Shown: positions 9,115-18,636, numbered from the stretch's first letter. The stretch is DNA of 64,000 nucleotides from Tunicatimonas sp. (GCA_965213875.1 CBDCAN010000028.1:28706-92705), one strand, 5' to 3'. The notes: a model not told the origin generated them from the sequence alone. Numbers and translations are program-made.

Positions 9115-10707
9115 CTACAGTTTGAACCGAGCCAACTCTTTGTCGTCCTTGGCATCGTGGGCGTGAACCGTACAGACCAGACACGAATCGAACGATCGAG
9201 CCACCATTCCTACTTCTACCGGATCCTGCGCGTCCTCAATCTCGGTACCCTCCAGGGCGGCCTCGATCGGTCCGGGCTTGCCATCGTCATCGTTGGGTCC
9301 TACGTTCCAGGTGGTCGGTGCCACGATCTGGTAGTTAGAGATCACCCCGTTCTTGATTTCTATCCAGTGCGCCAGCGCGCCGCGGGCCGCTTCGGTAGCT
9401 CCCCAGCCTTTGCCGTCGCGCTCTTCGGGCTTGATATAGAACTCTCCGTCCAGGTCAATTTCACCCAACCACTGGTTAATATACTCGTAGATGCGAGGGG
9501 CTTCGTGCATGCGGGCCAGGGCGCGGGTGAATACGTTCGCTCCTTTCTGCTTCATCACGTCGCCGAACAAGCCGTCACGATTCTGATGGTCTCGGTTCTC
9601 AGGATTAGAGGCCATAATTACGCGAGCCAGCGGACCTGCTTCAGCGGCGTAGTCCATGTAGCGAGGCGCCTTCGACCAGCTGTACTTACCGCTAAAATCT
9701 GTATGCGACAGCACGGTGGAGTCACCCACGGGGGTGGGCACCGGTTCGTCCCAGGGGTGAGCCGCCTTATGGTCTTTGAACCAGGTGTGCTCCACGTGTT
9801 CGGCAATCTTCAGGTGGTCCAGTTCGTGGTACCGCTCGCCATCGTAGAATCCACCCGGGCTCACCACGGCCGCGGCGCGGCTTTCGATGGTGGGCTGGTT
9901 GTACATATCCTTGTGCAGGTAGGTGCCGTAGGCGATGAACTTGCCCACGCCCTGACCAAACTTATCCATCCCAAACTCCAGGGCCGCTCGGATGAATAAA
10001 CCCAGATCACTGTTATGCTGCGATTCGTTCTCGTGTACCCAAGCCATTAGGTCATCCCAGGTCTTAATTTGCAGGTACCGCTCGATCGAACCACCCAGCC
10101 AGATAGGCTCCAGCCAATCGTTGCGAAACTTGTTCATGATCGCGTGAGCGCGGGTAATGTCCTTCAGCGTGGGGGCGCACATCACGCCGCCGGGCACCAT
10201 GTAGCTAGAGTGCGGCCACTGCCCGCCAAACAGGGCGTATACTTCTACCGGACGACCGCTGGCCGTAACACCTGCCTGAAAAGAGGTGCCTACGTAGGCC
10301 GCGAAGCGTTTGACTACTTCTTGGTACAGAGGCTTGCTGGCAAACTTCTTATTGGCCATATCGGTGGCGAAGATGGCGTAAAACCAGCGTGGAATACTCT
10401 GAATGGTTTCGGTGGCTTGCCCGATAGCCCGTAGCAGCAGCGCGTTGGGAGTCAGTTGCGTTTTCCAGGCCGTGTCCAGGGCCGCTGAGGCGCAGTAGAG
10501 GTGCGATCCGCCGCAGATGCCGCAGATACGAGGAGTAACGATCAAGCCCGACTGTGGGTCTTTCCCCTCCATGATTTTCTCGAAGCCCCGAAACATAGCT
10601 GCTTGCGTGTGGGCGCGGGTCACCACGCCGTCTTCCATGTATACTTTTACGTCCAGGTCGCCTTCGACCCGGCCGACCGGTGAGATATTGAGTTCTTTGG
10701 ATTCCAT
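9115..10707 (-). CDS. hucL: Group 2a [NiFe]-hydrogenase large subunit (HucL/cyanobacterial HupL type)
   Basis: ISPVGRVEGDLD; L1 motif TPRICGICGGSH; L2 motif RSFDSCLVCTVH followed by a cleavable tail. These match cyanobacterial HupL/Huc group 2a signatures. Confidence 0.95.
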   Translation of the reverse strand: MESKELNISPVGRVEGDLDVKVYMEDGVVTRAHTQAAMFRGFEKIMEGKDPQSGLIVTPRICGICGGSHLYCASAALDTAWKTQLTPNALLLRAIGQATETIQSIPRWFYAIFATDMANKKFASKPLYQEVVKRFAAYVGTSFQAGVTASGRPVEVYALFGGQWPHSSYMVPGGVMCAPTLKDITRAHAIMNKFRNDWLEPIWLGGSIERYLQIKTWDDLMAWVHENESQHNSDLGLFIRAALEFGMDKFGQGVGKFIAYGTYLHKDMYNQPTIESRAAAVVSPGGFYDGERYHELDHLKIAEHVEHTWFKDHKAAHPWDEPVPTPVGDSTVLSHTDFSGKYSWSKAPRYMDYAAEAGPLARVIMASNPENRDHQNRDGLFGDVMKQKGANVFTRALARMHEAPRIYEYINQWLGEIDLDGEFYIKPEERDGKGWGATEAARGALAHWIEIKNGVISNYQIVAPTTWNVGPNDDDGKPGPIEAALEGTEIEDAQDPVEVGMVARSFDSCLVCTVHAHDAKDDKELARFKL

Positions 10708-10814
10708 TGTTTTGCTGAAGGATTGTGGATGACAGAAGGATTGAATAAAAACCGAACGTTCAGACGTTGTTTCCCTCTACTCAAAAAAAATTATACGTAG
10801 GGGCTTAACCGTAG

Positions 10815-11774
10815 CTACTTAGAAGTTTCGGTCAGTTGGGAGTTGGTAGGCAGCACTTTTTCCAGACCTGCTTTGGCATAGTAGCGCAGCTTTCGCTCAC
10901 CCGAGGGCACCTCTTTAGGAAAGATATTCAGGTACTTCATGGTCTTGAACACACTGCCTTTCACCAGGTCATTGTGCGGAAAGCCCGGTTCGGTACAGCC
11001 CAGGCAGGGGTGGTTCACCCGGGTTTTGCTCGACTGCCGGTTCCACAGAATGCGGTTGCAACTGGCGCGGGTCATAGGTCCTCGGCACCCTACTTCGTAG
11101 AACAGGCAACCGCCCCGCTTTCCGAAGTGTCCGTCGACCTTTTGCATAAAGTTGGTCACGTTGGGACAACCTGATTGCACAAAGTCGGTAAAGAAAGTTT
11201 TGGGACGATGAAAATCATCCAGCAGGATATCGTCAGCCCGTCCGGTAGAGATGCCCACCAAAATCTGGGTAATCCAGTCGGGATGGGCGGGGCAGCCCGG
11301 TATATTAATCACGGGTAGCCCGGCTTTAGACTTGTAATTACTGCCTAAAAAGCCTCCCTTATCACGCTTCAGAAACTGCATACCGGTCGACTCGCTCGGA
11401 TTGGGAGCCACGGCGGGAATACCACCCCAGGTGGCACAGTCGCCGATGGCAACCGTGAACTGGGCCACTCCCGAAAGTTCTTTAACCCAGTCTTTCATCG
11501 GTCGATCAGCAAAGTAGTTCATCGTGCCTTTGCCGTGAGGCCCCTGAATGATAGAGCCCTCGAACACCAAGATGTCGAGCTGGGTTTTACCGGAGATACA
11601 ATCATTCAGTAGATCGACGACCTGATCTCCGATTTCTAATCCGATGGAAGGGTGCCAGAGAATGTTGATGCCAAAGTCTGTGACCAGTTCTACCACGGTA
11701 GGTTCCTCGGCGTTGAGAAACGACATGGTGTTGCCACTACAAGCTCCGCCCTGGAGCCAAAGTACATTTATCAT
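10815..11774 (-). CDS. hucS: Group 2a [NiFe]-hydrogenase small subunit, no Tat signal
   Basis: WLQGGACSGNTMSFLN, GDCATWGG, PGCPAHPDW, QSGC, GCLFYEVGCRGP, CNRILWN, PCLGCTEPGFP. Confidence 0.95.
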   Translation of the reverse strand: MINVLWLQGGACSGNTMSFLNAEEPTVVELVTDFGINILWHPSIGLEIGDQVVDLLNDCISGKTQLDILVFEGSIIQGPHGKGTMNYFADRPMKDWVKELSGVAQFTVAIGDCATWGGIPAVAPNPSESTGMQFLKRDKGGFLGSNYKSKAGLPVINIPGCPAHPDWITQILVGISTGRADDILLDDFHRPKTFFTDFVQSGCPNVTNFMQKVDGHFGKRGGCLFYEVGCRGPMTRASCNRILWNRQSSKTRVNHPCLGCTEPGFPHNDLVKGSVFKTMKYLNIFPKEVPSGERKLRYYAKAGLEKVLPTNSQLTETSK

Positions 11775-11866
11775 AATTTAGCGTGTTGGTTGTCGGTACG
11801 TAGTGATTGGTTGAAATTTAATAGGCGTCTTTTTAAAGAAATGATAATATAGGCGAAACCTTACTC

Positions 11867-11886
11867 TTTAGAAAATATTTTCTAAA
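11867..11886. promoter_or_regulatory. Perfect 20-bp palindrome upstream of hucS; candidate TetR operator
   Basis: TTTAGAAAATATTTTCTAAA is its own reverse complement; lies about 92 bp upstream of the hucS ATG, next to tetR. Confidence 0.6.
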
Positions 11887-11930
11887 TTATTTGTCAGATA
11901 GACTGCTAAGGCATCATCCAAGCCTACTAG

Positions 11931-12542
11931 CTAGGCCAATGGAGTTACGGTAGGATAGATTAGCGCTTGGTATTCCGTCTTCCCTCGGGAAGTTAGATAA
12001 GGTAGCCACTGCGACCATATCAGACGCTTAAACTGCTTTTTATTGGCTGCCTCCGAACGAAGTCGCTGGTACGACGGCCAGTGCGTGATGACCAAACTCA
12101 CCGTCTGAGCCACCATTGGATACATATCGTGCTTGTCTGCCGGTTGCATCGCCCCCCGTTGCTCGTGAAACTCAATCCGCTTATTGAGTTGGTGCACCAA
12201 CCTGAATACAACTTGCTCACGCAACGGGGCAACCGCCGCCGGCAGTATGGCTGAGAAGTAGAAGGAATACGACTGGTGGAAAGAAAACCACCGGTCCAGC
12301 TGATCGTTCAGGTCGATGAAGGTGGGAGTGTGACGAAACAACTGAAGGATTTCCTTGGCTTCCTGCGATAACTGCGCGTACACTTCCAGTACGATGGCAT
12401 CCTTGTTTTTGTAATGATAAGCCAGGTTGCCCACACTCACCGCAGACCGATCGGCGATCTGCTGAAGACGCACAATATCTACTCCGTGGATATGGAATAG
12501 CTCAGCAGCGGCTCGAATAATTTTCTCTTTGGTGGTTGACAT
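11931..12542 (-). CDS. TetR/AcrR family transcriptional regulator
   Basis: N-terminal HTH TKEKIIRAAAELF...IADRSAVSVGNLAYHYKNKDAI. Confidence 0.92.
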   Translation of the reverse strand: MSTTKEKIIRAAAELFHIHGVDIVRLQQIADRSAVSVGNLAYHYKNKDAIVLEVYAQLSQEAKEILQLFRHTPTFIDLNDQLDRWFSFHQSYSFYFSAILPAAVAPLREQVVFRLVHQLNKRIEFHEQRGAMQPADKHDMYPMVAQTVSLVITHWPSYQRLRSEAANKKQFKRLIWSQWLPYLTSRGKTEYQALIYPTVTPLA

Positions 12543-12557
12543 AATCCCGTTCGCCGC

Positions 12558-12917
12558 TCAATTCTTGTTGAACTGAAAGAGACCGCCGTCTACGACGAGC
12601 GTTCCCCGTTGATCTTTGGCTGCTAGCCGTCTCATGTAATAGGCGTGCGTCTCGGCCTGATGACGACAAAAGCAAGTTGTAATCTTTCGCTTGATGAGTC
12701 GATACGGATTTTTGTAGTGAGCAAACACCAAATGAACTTCCCACTGGCCCCGGCGGCACTCTATGTTTTCGATCACCGCTGAGTCTTGCAGCCAATCGTC
12801 ATCGAACAGCAGGTTAAAGTCGACGATGCCTCCTACCACTTCCGTGAAATGCTGGTTGTTAAGCAGACTTAGCAAAGCCTGGTACGCCCGCTCGTCTAAA
12901 TGAAAATTTGAAGCCAT
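12558..12917 (-). CDS. Hypothetical protein co-oriented with tetR
   Basis: 119 aa from ATG 12917; ends 15 nt before tetR; Cys/His-containing segment CFCRHQAETH...AAKDQRGTL. Confidence 0.75.
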   Translation of the reverse strand: MASNFHLDERAYQALLSLLNNQHFTEVVGGIVDFNLLFDDDWLQDSAVIENIECRRGQWEVHLVFAHYKNPYRLIKRKITTCFCRHQAETHAYYMRRLAAKDQRGTLVVDGGLFQFNKN

Positions 12918-12980
12918 AGGCACTACGAGAAGCTCGTTTATCAGCCAAAGTTTCTAAGATAGAATTTTTAAGTAGTTCGT

Positions 12981-12988
12981 CAAAAGTA
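12981..12988 (-). promoter_or_regulatory. Bacteroidota -7 promoter element
   Basis: Minus strand TACTTTTG matches TAnnTTTG, about 65 bp upstream of ATG 12917. Confidence 0.45.
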
Positions 12989-13045
12989 ATGAGGCACGAA
13001 TAATGACGCGTGGGGCAATCGTTAGTCACAAACCATCATCACCCA

Positions 13046-14410
13046 CTATCCGGAAACGGTGCGGAAGTGCAAGAAAAACGATGTGTGCTGCCCCGGTGGC
13101 GACTGCACCCGAATGGCTCCCCGGTGAAGGGTCATGATGTGGCGTGATAAGCTCAGCCCTACTCCCGACCCGTGCTCTTTGGTCGAGAAAAACGGCACAA
13201 ATATTTGATCTAACTTATCGGCATCAATGCCCGTGCCGTTGTCACTCACTTCGATGATTATCTGGTCTTGGCGATGATAGCACACCAGCTTGATGCGCGG
13301 ATCTGACGTAGTGGCTAACGCGTGCATACTATTGGTGATTAGGTTGATCAGTACCTGCTCAACCAGCCCGGGGTCGCACCAGAGCGTAGCTTCCTCGGGC
13401 TGCACCTCCGTGGTGAGCTTCACTCCCAAAGGCTGAAGCTCAGCCTGCATCAGTCTTCCTACCGTCAGTAGCAGGTCAACCACTGGTACTGATGCGAGTC
13501 GCGGTTGCGGTACTTTAGTAAGTTTACGGTAGTCTTCCACGAAGTGAAGAAGACCGTCTCCTCGCTTTTTAATTGTCTCTAACGAATAGGCCAAGTCTGG
13601 CAGATAACGTTCGCCCACGGCCTTCCAAGGCTTCAGCCTTCCCTCCTCATCGTTGAGTAACATGAGCAGGGTTTCAGACAGGGAGGTAATGGGGGTGATG
13701 GAGTTCATAATTTCATGCGTCAGGATTCGGATCAGACGATGGTACGCCGCCACCTCACTTTGATTAATCTCCTGCTCAATGTCCTGCAGTGTGATGATTC
13801 GGTAAGACTCTCCCAATAAGATAGCCGTCTGCGCCTGAATAGAGAGTCGTTTGGTATCGTTGTTCAGGGTAAGTTCTAACAGTTTACTTTCTCCGTCGCG
13901 CAGATCGTCCGCAGCTTGCACCAGCTGCGGATGTTTTCTTCTGAGGTTGTGCCAGTGTCGATACTCATCGGTTTGTAGTAGATCCAGGGCCGCTTGATTC
14001 ATGAGCGCGATATCATCGGCACCCCTGAGCGAAATAATGCCTACGTCGATCCGGCTAACGAGCAATTGCAAGTACTGATACTGCACCTCGCGTTCAGTGC
14101 CTACCCGACGGTAGGTAGATACGATATCTTTAAACGCGTTGTGTAGCGGCTCAAAGGTGGGGTCGTGGTGATGCTCAAAGTGCACGGTAAGATCGTTGCT
14201 CTCCACCGATAGTAGAAATTTTGCGAGGTCACGATTGGTTTTCTGCACGCAGGTAACCAGTCCGAAGATTTGCCAAATGATCAGTATTCCTAAGATAATC
14301 TGGCTAAAGAACAGGTCGGCCCGTCCGGCGATCGCCGCAAATAACGTCATCGTCGCCAGTAGCAGCGCGATGCGAACAGTAACGGTGATCGTGAATCTTT
14401 TGAGGTACAT
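13046..14410 (-). CDS. NtrY-like sensor histidine kinase
   Basis: Two N-terminal TM helices, PAS-like region, H-box ILTHEIMNSITPI, QVLINLITN, DNGTG, FFSTKEHGSGVGL. Confidence 0.93.
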   Translation of the reverse strand: MYLKRFTITVTVRIALLLATMTLFAAIAGRADLFFSQIILGILIIWQIFGLVTCVQKTNRDLAKFLLSVESNDLTVHFEHHHDPTFEPLHNAFKDIVSTYRRVGTEREVQYQYLQLLVSRIDVGIISLRGADDIALMNQAALDLLQTDEYRHWHNLRRKHPQLVQAADDLRDGESKLLELTLNNDTKRLSIQAQTAILLGESYRIITLQDIEQEINQSEVAAYHRLIRILTHEIMNSITPITSLSETLLMLLNDEEGRLKPWKAVGERYLPDLAYSLETIKKRGDGLLHFVEDYRKLTKVPQPRLASVPVVDLLLTVGRLMQAELQPLGVKLTTEVQPEEATLWCDPGLVEQVLINLITNSMHALATTSDPRIKLVCYHRQDQIIIEVSDNGTGIDADKLDQIFVPFFSTKEHGSGVGLSLSRHIMTLHRGAIRVQSPPGQHTSFFLHFRTVSG

Positions 14411-14476
14411 GTTTTGGTGATGGCAGACTAAAACGTCTTTGATACATCGTGTGCTATAATCAAACGAATCGGCATC

Positions 14477-15118
14477 TTATTCTAATAGTAATGAGGCGAA
14501 TCCTCTTTCGTTGATAGCATTCTGCTGATGGAAAACTACGTAGTTTTCTTTACCACCAAACCAGTCAAGCACTTCTTTCTTCATAAGCTTGCTTGGTTTT
14601 TCACTGAGTATTCTTTGAAACGAACTCCACGAATACGTTGTAAAATCGTGATGTATTCCGTGGTGCTCAGGGTTACGATGGATGTACCAAACAAGACTGT
14701 TAAAATAGGAGTCGTTATCTACTTTCTTTCGCTTAAACGGTCTCTGGAATAAGCTTCCTTTTCTACTGATCTGCTTATTAATTGCTTTTGTGTAGGAAAG
14801 AAACAGCAGCCGAAATCTTTCGCTCACCCACTGTTCTGCTGGCATAGTAGCGTATTTTCCTACGGCGCTAAAGTCTTTTCTGGCTTGTTGTATGATAGCA
14901 TCACAAGGTTTGATGCGAACCAGAAGGTGAAAATGATTGGGAAGCAAACAAAAGCAGTACGTATCTATGTAATTTGACAGAAAGTGATCATACCTCTTTA
15001 GAAAATACCGGTAGTTTTCTTGCGAGTAGAATACATTTTCTCGGTCGTTGCTCCTGTTATATATGTGATAATAACTATCAAAGTCAATACTAGCTACGGT
15101 ATCCAGGTATGCTGTCAT
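14477..15118 (-). mobile_element. REP-associated tyrosine transposase (RAYT, IS200/Y1 HUH family)
   Basis: YYHIYNR, YCFCLLPNHFHLL (HUH), GSLFQRPF, YIHRNP, YSWSS; AT-rich relative to flanks; sits between the cognate regulator and kinase. Confidence 0.88.
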
Positions 15119-15150
15119 GATTATATTTTTGGCGGAACTGTGAAGGACGA

Positions 15151-15183
15151 AGAACTGACAGTTTTTTGAAAACTGTCAGTTCT
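15151..15183. repeat. REP-like perfect hairpin next to the RAYT gene
   Basis: AGAACTGACAGTTTT-TTG-AAAACTGTCAGTTCT, a 15-bp perfect stem; could also act as a terminator. Confidence 0.7.
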
Positions 15184-15195
15184 CTGACCTACCTA

Positions 15196-16545
15196 TCAAA
15201 GACCATACTTACCCAGGCGACGATAGAGGGCGGTGCGGGTGATGCCTAACGCTTTGGCCGTTTGAGTAATGTTACCCTGATGCTGCTGCAGTGTTCGTTG
15301 AATGAAGTTGCGCTCGTTCTCCTCCAACGTGGCTGCTTCAGCTACGGTCGGACGATCTACCCTACCCGCTTCGCGTAGGCTGAAAGCTTCAGCGTCTAAA
15401 GTAGACGTTTCGCTGAGAATCACCGCGCGCTCAGCAGCGTGCTGCAGCTCCCGCACGTTGCCCGGCCAAGCGTACTGCGAGAGTTTCTGTACTGCCCGAG
15501 CCGTAAGCGAAGGTGTATCCTTATGGTACTGCTGCGCGTAACGCAGTAAGAAATGATCGAGCAGCTTCATCAGGTCGCCCGTTCGCTCTCGTAACGGTGG
15601 CACCAAAATCTCAACCGTATTAATACGATACAGCAGGTCTTCGCGAAAAGCACCTTCCTGCACACGCTCGTACAGCGGTTGGTGGGTGGCGCAAAGCAAC
15701 CGAATATTGAGCGGCACTTCTTCATTTCCTCCCACCCGACGAACCGTACGATGCTGCAGTACGGCGAGCAGTTTGGCCTGAGAAGAAAGCGGTAGGTTGC
15801 CCATCTCGTCCAAGAATAGTGTGCCACCATCAGCCTGCTCAAATTTACCCATACGGTCCGTATGAGCGTCGGTGAAGGCACCTTTCACGTGTCCGAAGAG
15901 TTCGCTCTCCAGCAAGCTAGGGGCTACCGCCCCCAGATCAACGTGAACCAACGGTTTTGACCGTCGATGCGACTGCCGGTGAATAGCCTTCGCCACCTGC
16001 TCTTTACCCGTACCGCTTTCGCCTAAAATCAGCACGTTTGCTTCGGTATTGGCTACTTTATCGACCATGTTGCGTATCGCTAGCATGGCAGGCGACTCTC
16101 CGATCATCGTCTCCGATTCATCTACCGACGCTACCGCAGTAGGTGACTTTGTCTTTTGACCTCTGGAGGTTACCGACCGCACCGCATCGAGTAGTTGTTG
16201 ATTCTTCCAGGGTTTGAGCACAAAGCTAGCGGCTCCCCGGCGCATGGCTTCTACAGCGAGCTCGACGTCACCGTAGGCCGTGATCATAATAACCGGTAGG
16301 TCTGGGTTGATAGCCCGTAGATGCTCCAGCCAGTACAGCCCCTCCCGCCCGTTGTGCTCACCCCGACGAAAGTTCATGTCGAGCAGCACAAGATCATACG
16401 ATCGTTGTGAAATGACTTGATTAATAGTGCTCGGATCTTGTACCGTCTCTATTTCGGTGAAATACTGACGCAAAAATAGCTGAACCGAATGTAACACATC
16501 CGTATCGTCATCGATGACTAATAGCTTTTGAACGCGTTGATTCAT
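15196..16545 (-). CDS. Sigma-54-dependent response regulator (NtrC family)
   Basis: Receiver domain (LLDMNF), GESGTGKE, GAFTDA, WPGNVREL, C-terminal Fis HTH (TAKALGITRTALYRRL). Confidence 0.95.
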   Translation of the reverse strand: MNQRVQKLLVIDDDTDVLHSVQLFLRQYFTEIETVQDPSTINQVISQRSYDLVLLDMNFRRGEHNGREGLYWLEHLRAINPDLPVIMITAYGDVELAVEAMRRGAASFVLKPWKNQQLLDAVRSVTSRGQKTKSPTAVASVDESETMIGESPAMLAIRNMVDKVANTEANVLILGESGTGKEQVAKAIHRQSHRRSKPLVHVDLGAVAPSLLESELFGHVKGAFTDAHTDRMGKFEQADGGTLFLDEMGNLPLSSQAKLLAVLQHRTVRRVGGNEEVPLNIRLLCATHQPLYERVQEGAFREDLLYRINTVEILVPPLRERTGDLMKLLDHFLLRYAQQYHKDTPSLTARAVQKLSQYAWPGNVRELQHAAERAVILSETSTLDAEAFSLREAGRVDRPTVAEAATLEENERNFIQRTLQQHQGNITQTAKALGITRTALYRRLGKYGL

Positions 16546-16605
16546 AAGGAAAGATTAATATCCGCTGGCCCCGGCAGGCCTTCGTTCAATACGCACAGCG
16601 GTGCG

Positions 16606-18636
16606 CTATTTTATGGTATACGTCTCTCGCTGAGGCCCTACTCCGGTAACGGTCAGAGATTTCCAAGCCGAAGGCAGTATCGGATTCTTCTGCACAATAC
16701 CCTCTTCGGTGAGGTGCAGTCCCGCAAAGCCAAACAGCACCGCCTGCAACATACCACCCGCTCCCGTGGCGAAGTACGGGTTATCACTGGTGGCCGATTC
16801 GGCTAGCGCCCCGAAGGGAGGGCGCTTGTTGGGTTCGTAGCTCTCTTTGAACAGCCGAAAGGCATTATCGGCGTCACCCAGGCGAGCATAAATGATGGAG
16901 AAGATAGACTTTCCCATGGCCGGACCTTCTTCGGCCAGTTTGGGCTCGTAGTAGCGTAAATCCTTTCGCAGCGTTTCTTCGTCGTTCACGATATTTAGCG
17001 GGTAAGCCAGCAGGTTCACATCGGCCTGTTTGATGCGGTCGCCCTCGTAGGTACGGTGCTCGCGGGTGGTGCCATCCTCAAAGCGATGAATGACAATACC
17101 ATCGGCCACGTGCTGCCAAAGCGTGTCGGGCTGCTCACCTAATACCTGCGCTGCTGCTGTGGCGTACCGGAGCGCCGTAATGGCCGCCCCGTTGGTGAAG
17201 GCGTTGTCGTCTACGTTAGGAGCAAACTCGTTCGCTCCCACCACGTTCTTGATCGTGTAGGAGCCGTCGTCGTTCTCCGTCACCCGGCTCGTCCAGTAGT
17301 CAGCTACCGCTTGCAGCATCGGATACCCCCGCGCGGCGAGCCAGGTAGCGTCTTCAGTCACCCGGTAGTAGTTCCAGAAAGCAATCGCCACATCAGCGGT
17401 GATGTGGTGCTCAAAGGTACCGGTGAGCGCCCAGGGAGGGGTGGCTTCCTCGCCGGTGTCATCGCTCTCCCAGGGAAACATTGCCCCGCGGTAGCCAAAA
17501 TTGACAGCCTTACGCCGGGCTATCTCCAGTCGGTCGGAGCGGTAGTTCACCAGCGAGCGGGCAATACCCTGATTCAAAACCAGCAGGGGCGGGAACATCC
17601 ATAGTTCAGTATCCCAGAAGATGTGCCCGTTGTATCCTTGCGAAGACAACCCCATCGGAGCAATACTGAGATCGGAATCGCCGCGTCCGAAGGCGTACAG
17701 GTGGTAAAGGGCTAAACGAATATCCTGCTGCGACGCTCGATCACCCTCAATGATGATATCACCTTGCCACAGGTCGGCCCACTGGGCCCGGTGCTGTCCG
17801 AGCAGGTCGGCCCGGGGCGTGAGCAGGTTGAAGATAACGAAGCGTTCGGACTCAGACTGCGGATCGGCGAAGTCTTGGGTAGTACACTGCGCAGCGGTCC
17901 AGGCAAATCCCAGCGAGTCGCCCGCCGCTACGCTACGTGTGAACGACAAATGCTGTTCGTAGGCACTCACCGGCCGGTGCTCCAGCGCAGGACGCTGACT
18001 TTCACGGGTAGCGTTGATGTCGTGCCATACAAACGTGGCCGAAGTAGCCACAGTATGGCGCCCCAAACGGCTTTGAGCAACGGTCTGAAGAATCGGCATG
18101 GTAGTTTCTAAATCTTCGAGCACCCGGAAGGTGCTCGAGGGCGATTGGTACTCTTCGGGAGTGATGATCTTCCCGGTCGCTCGTACTGTGATCGCCCGTT
18201 GCGCCTGCACACTCAGGTCGACGTAGCCGGTGTAGGGCACGTTCCGCAGGGCGTACAGGGTGTATGACACGGTGGCCCGATCGCCCACCCGAAACGAGGT
18301 CACCAGCTTCGCTTCCTTCATGTCCAGGGTCTGCTGCCAATCGCTCACGTTAGCAGAGGTGATTTTTTCGCCGTCAATCTCCAGATCGATCGATCCGAAG
18401 TTCATACCACGCAGAATCTGACTTACCCCCAGGGGCGAAGCTTTGTCATACACATTGTTGAGTATGACGTGCTCTACTTCGAGTGGCTGCGCCGAAGGCA
18501 GCATCCCAATGCGTCCGTTGGCCACCACAATACCCGTATAATCGGTCGAGTCTTGCGTGGTGATCGTCCAGCCGCTCCCCTGGGCAAAGGCTGTGGCGGA
18601 TAAAGCGGTAAATGCCCACAGAAGAATGCTTTTCAT
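16606..18636 (-). CDS. Glycoside hydrolase family 65, secreted; probably hydrolase type (alpha-1,2-glucosidase/trehalase-like)
   Basis: Signal peptide; YNGHIFWDTE, FPWES, GANE, IKQADVNLL, GPAM, FATGAGGMLQ. Confidence 0.9.
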   Translation of the reverse strand: MKSILLWAFTALSATAFAQGSGWTITTQDSTDYTGIVVANGRIGMLPSAQPLEVEHVILNNVYDKASPLGVSQILRGMNFGSIDLEIDGEKITSANVSDWQQTLDMKEAKLVTSFRVGDRATVSYTLYALRNVPYTGYVDLSVQAQRAITVRATGKIITPEEYQSPSSTFRVLEDLETTMPILQTVAQSRLGRHTVATSATFVWHDINATRESQRPALEHRPVSAYEQHLSFTRSVAAGDSLGFAWTAAQCTTQDFADPQSESERFVIFNLLTPRADLLGQHRAQWADLWQGDIIIEGDRASQQDIRLALYHLYAFGRGDSDLSIAPMGLSSQGYNGHIFWDTELWMFPPLLVLNQGIARSLVNYRSDRLEIARRKAVNFGYRGAMFPWESDDTGEEATPPWALTGTFEHHITADVAIAFWNYYRVTEDATWLAARGYPMLQAVADYWTSRVTENDDGSYTIKNVVGANEFAPNVDDNAFTNGAAITALRYATAAAQVLGEQPDTLWQHVADGIVIHRFEDGTTREHRTYEGDRIKQADVNLLAYPLNIVNDEETLRKDLRYYEPKLAEEGPAMGKSIFSIIYARLGDADNAFRLFKESYEPNKRPPFGALAESATSDNPYFATGAGGMLQAVLFGFAGLHLTEEGIVQKNPILPSAWKSLTVTGVGPQRETYTIK

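Noticed and set aside
9115-9200. Possible [NiFeSe] hydrogenase
   Set aside because: The L2 motif is encoded with Cys (DSCLVC) and has no in-frame TGA.
8995-9999. 334-aa plus-strand ORF, and many similar ORFs in the track
   Set aside because: Antisense shadow of the hydrogenase large subunit with no recognisable motifs. The same applies to the antisense and alternative-frame ORFs over the hyp, permease, GH65 and peptidase genes.
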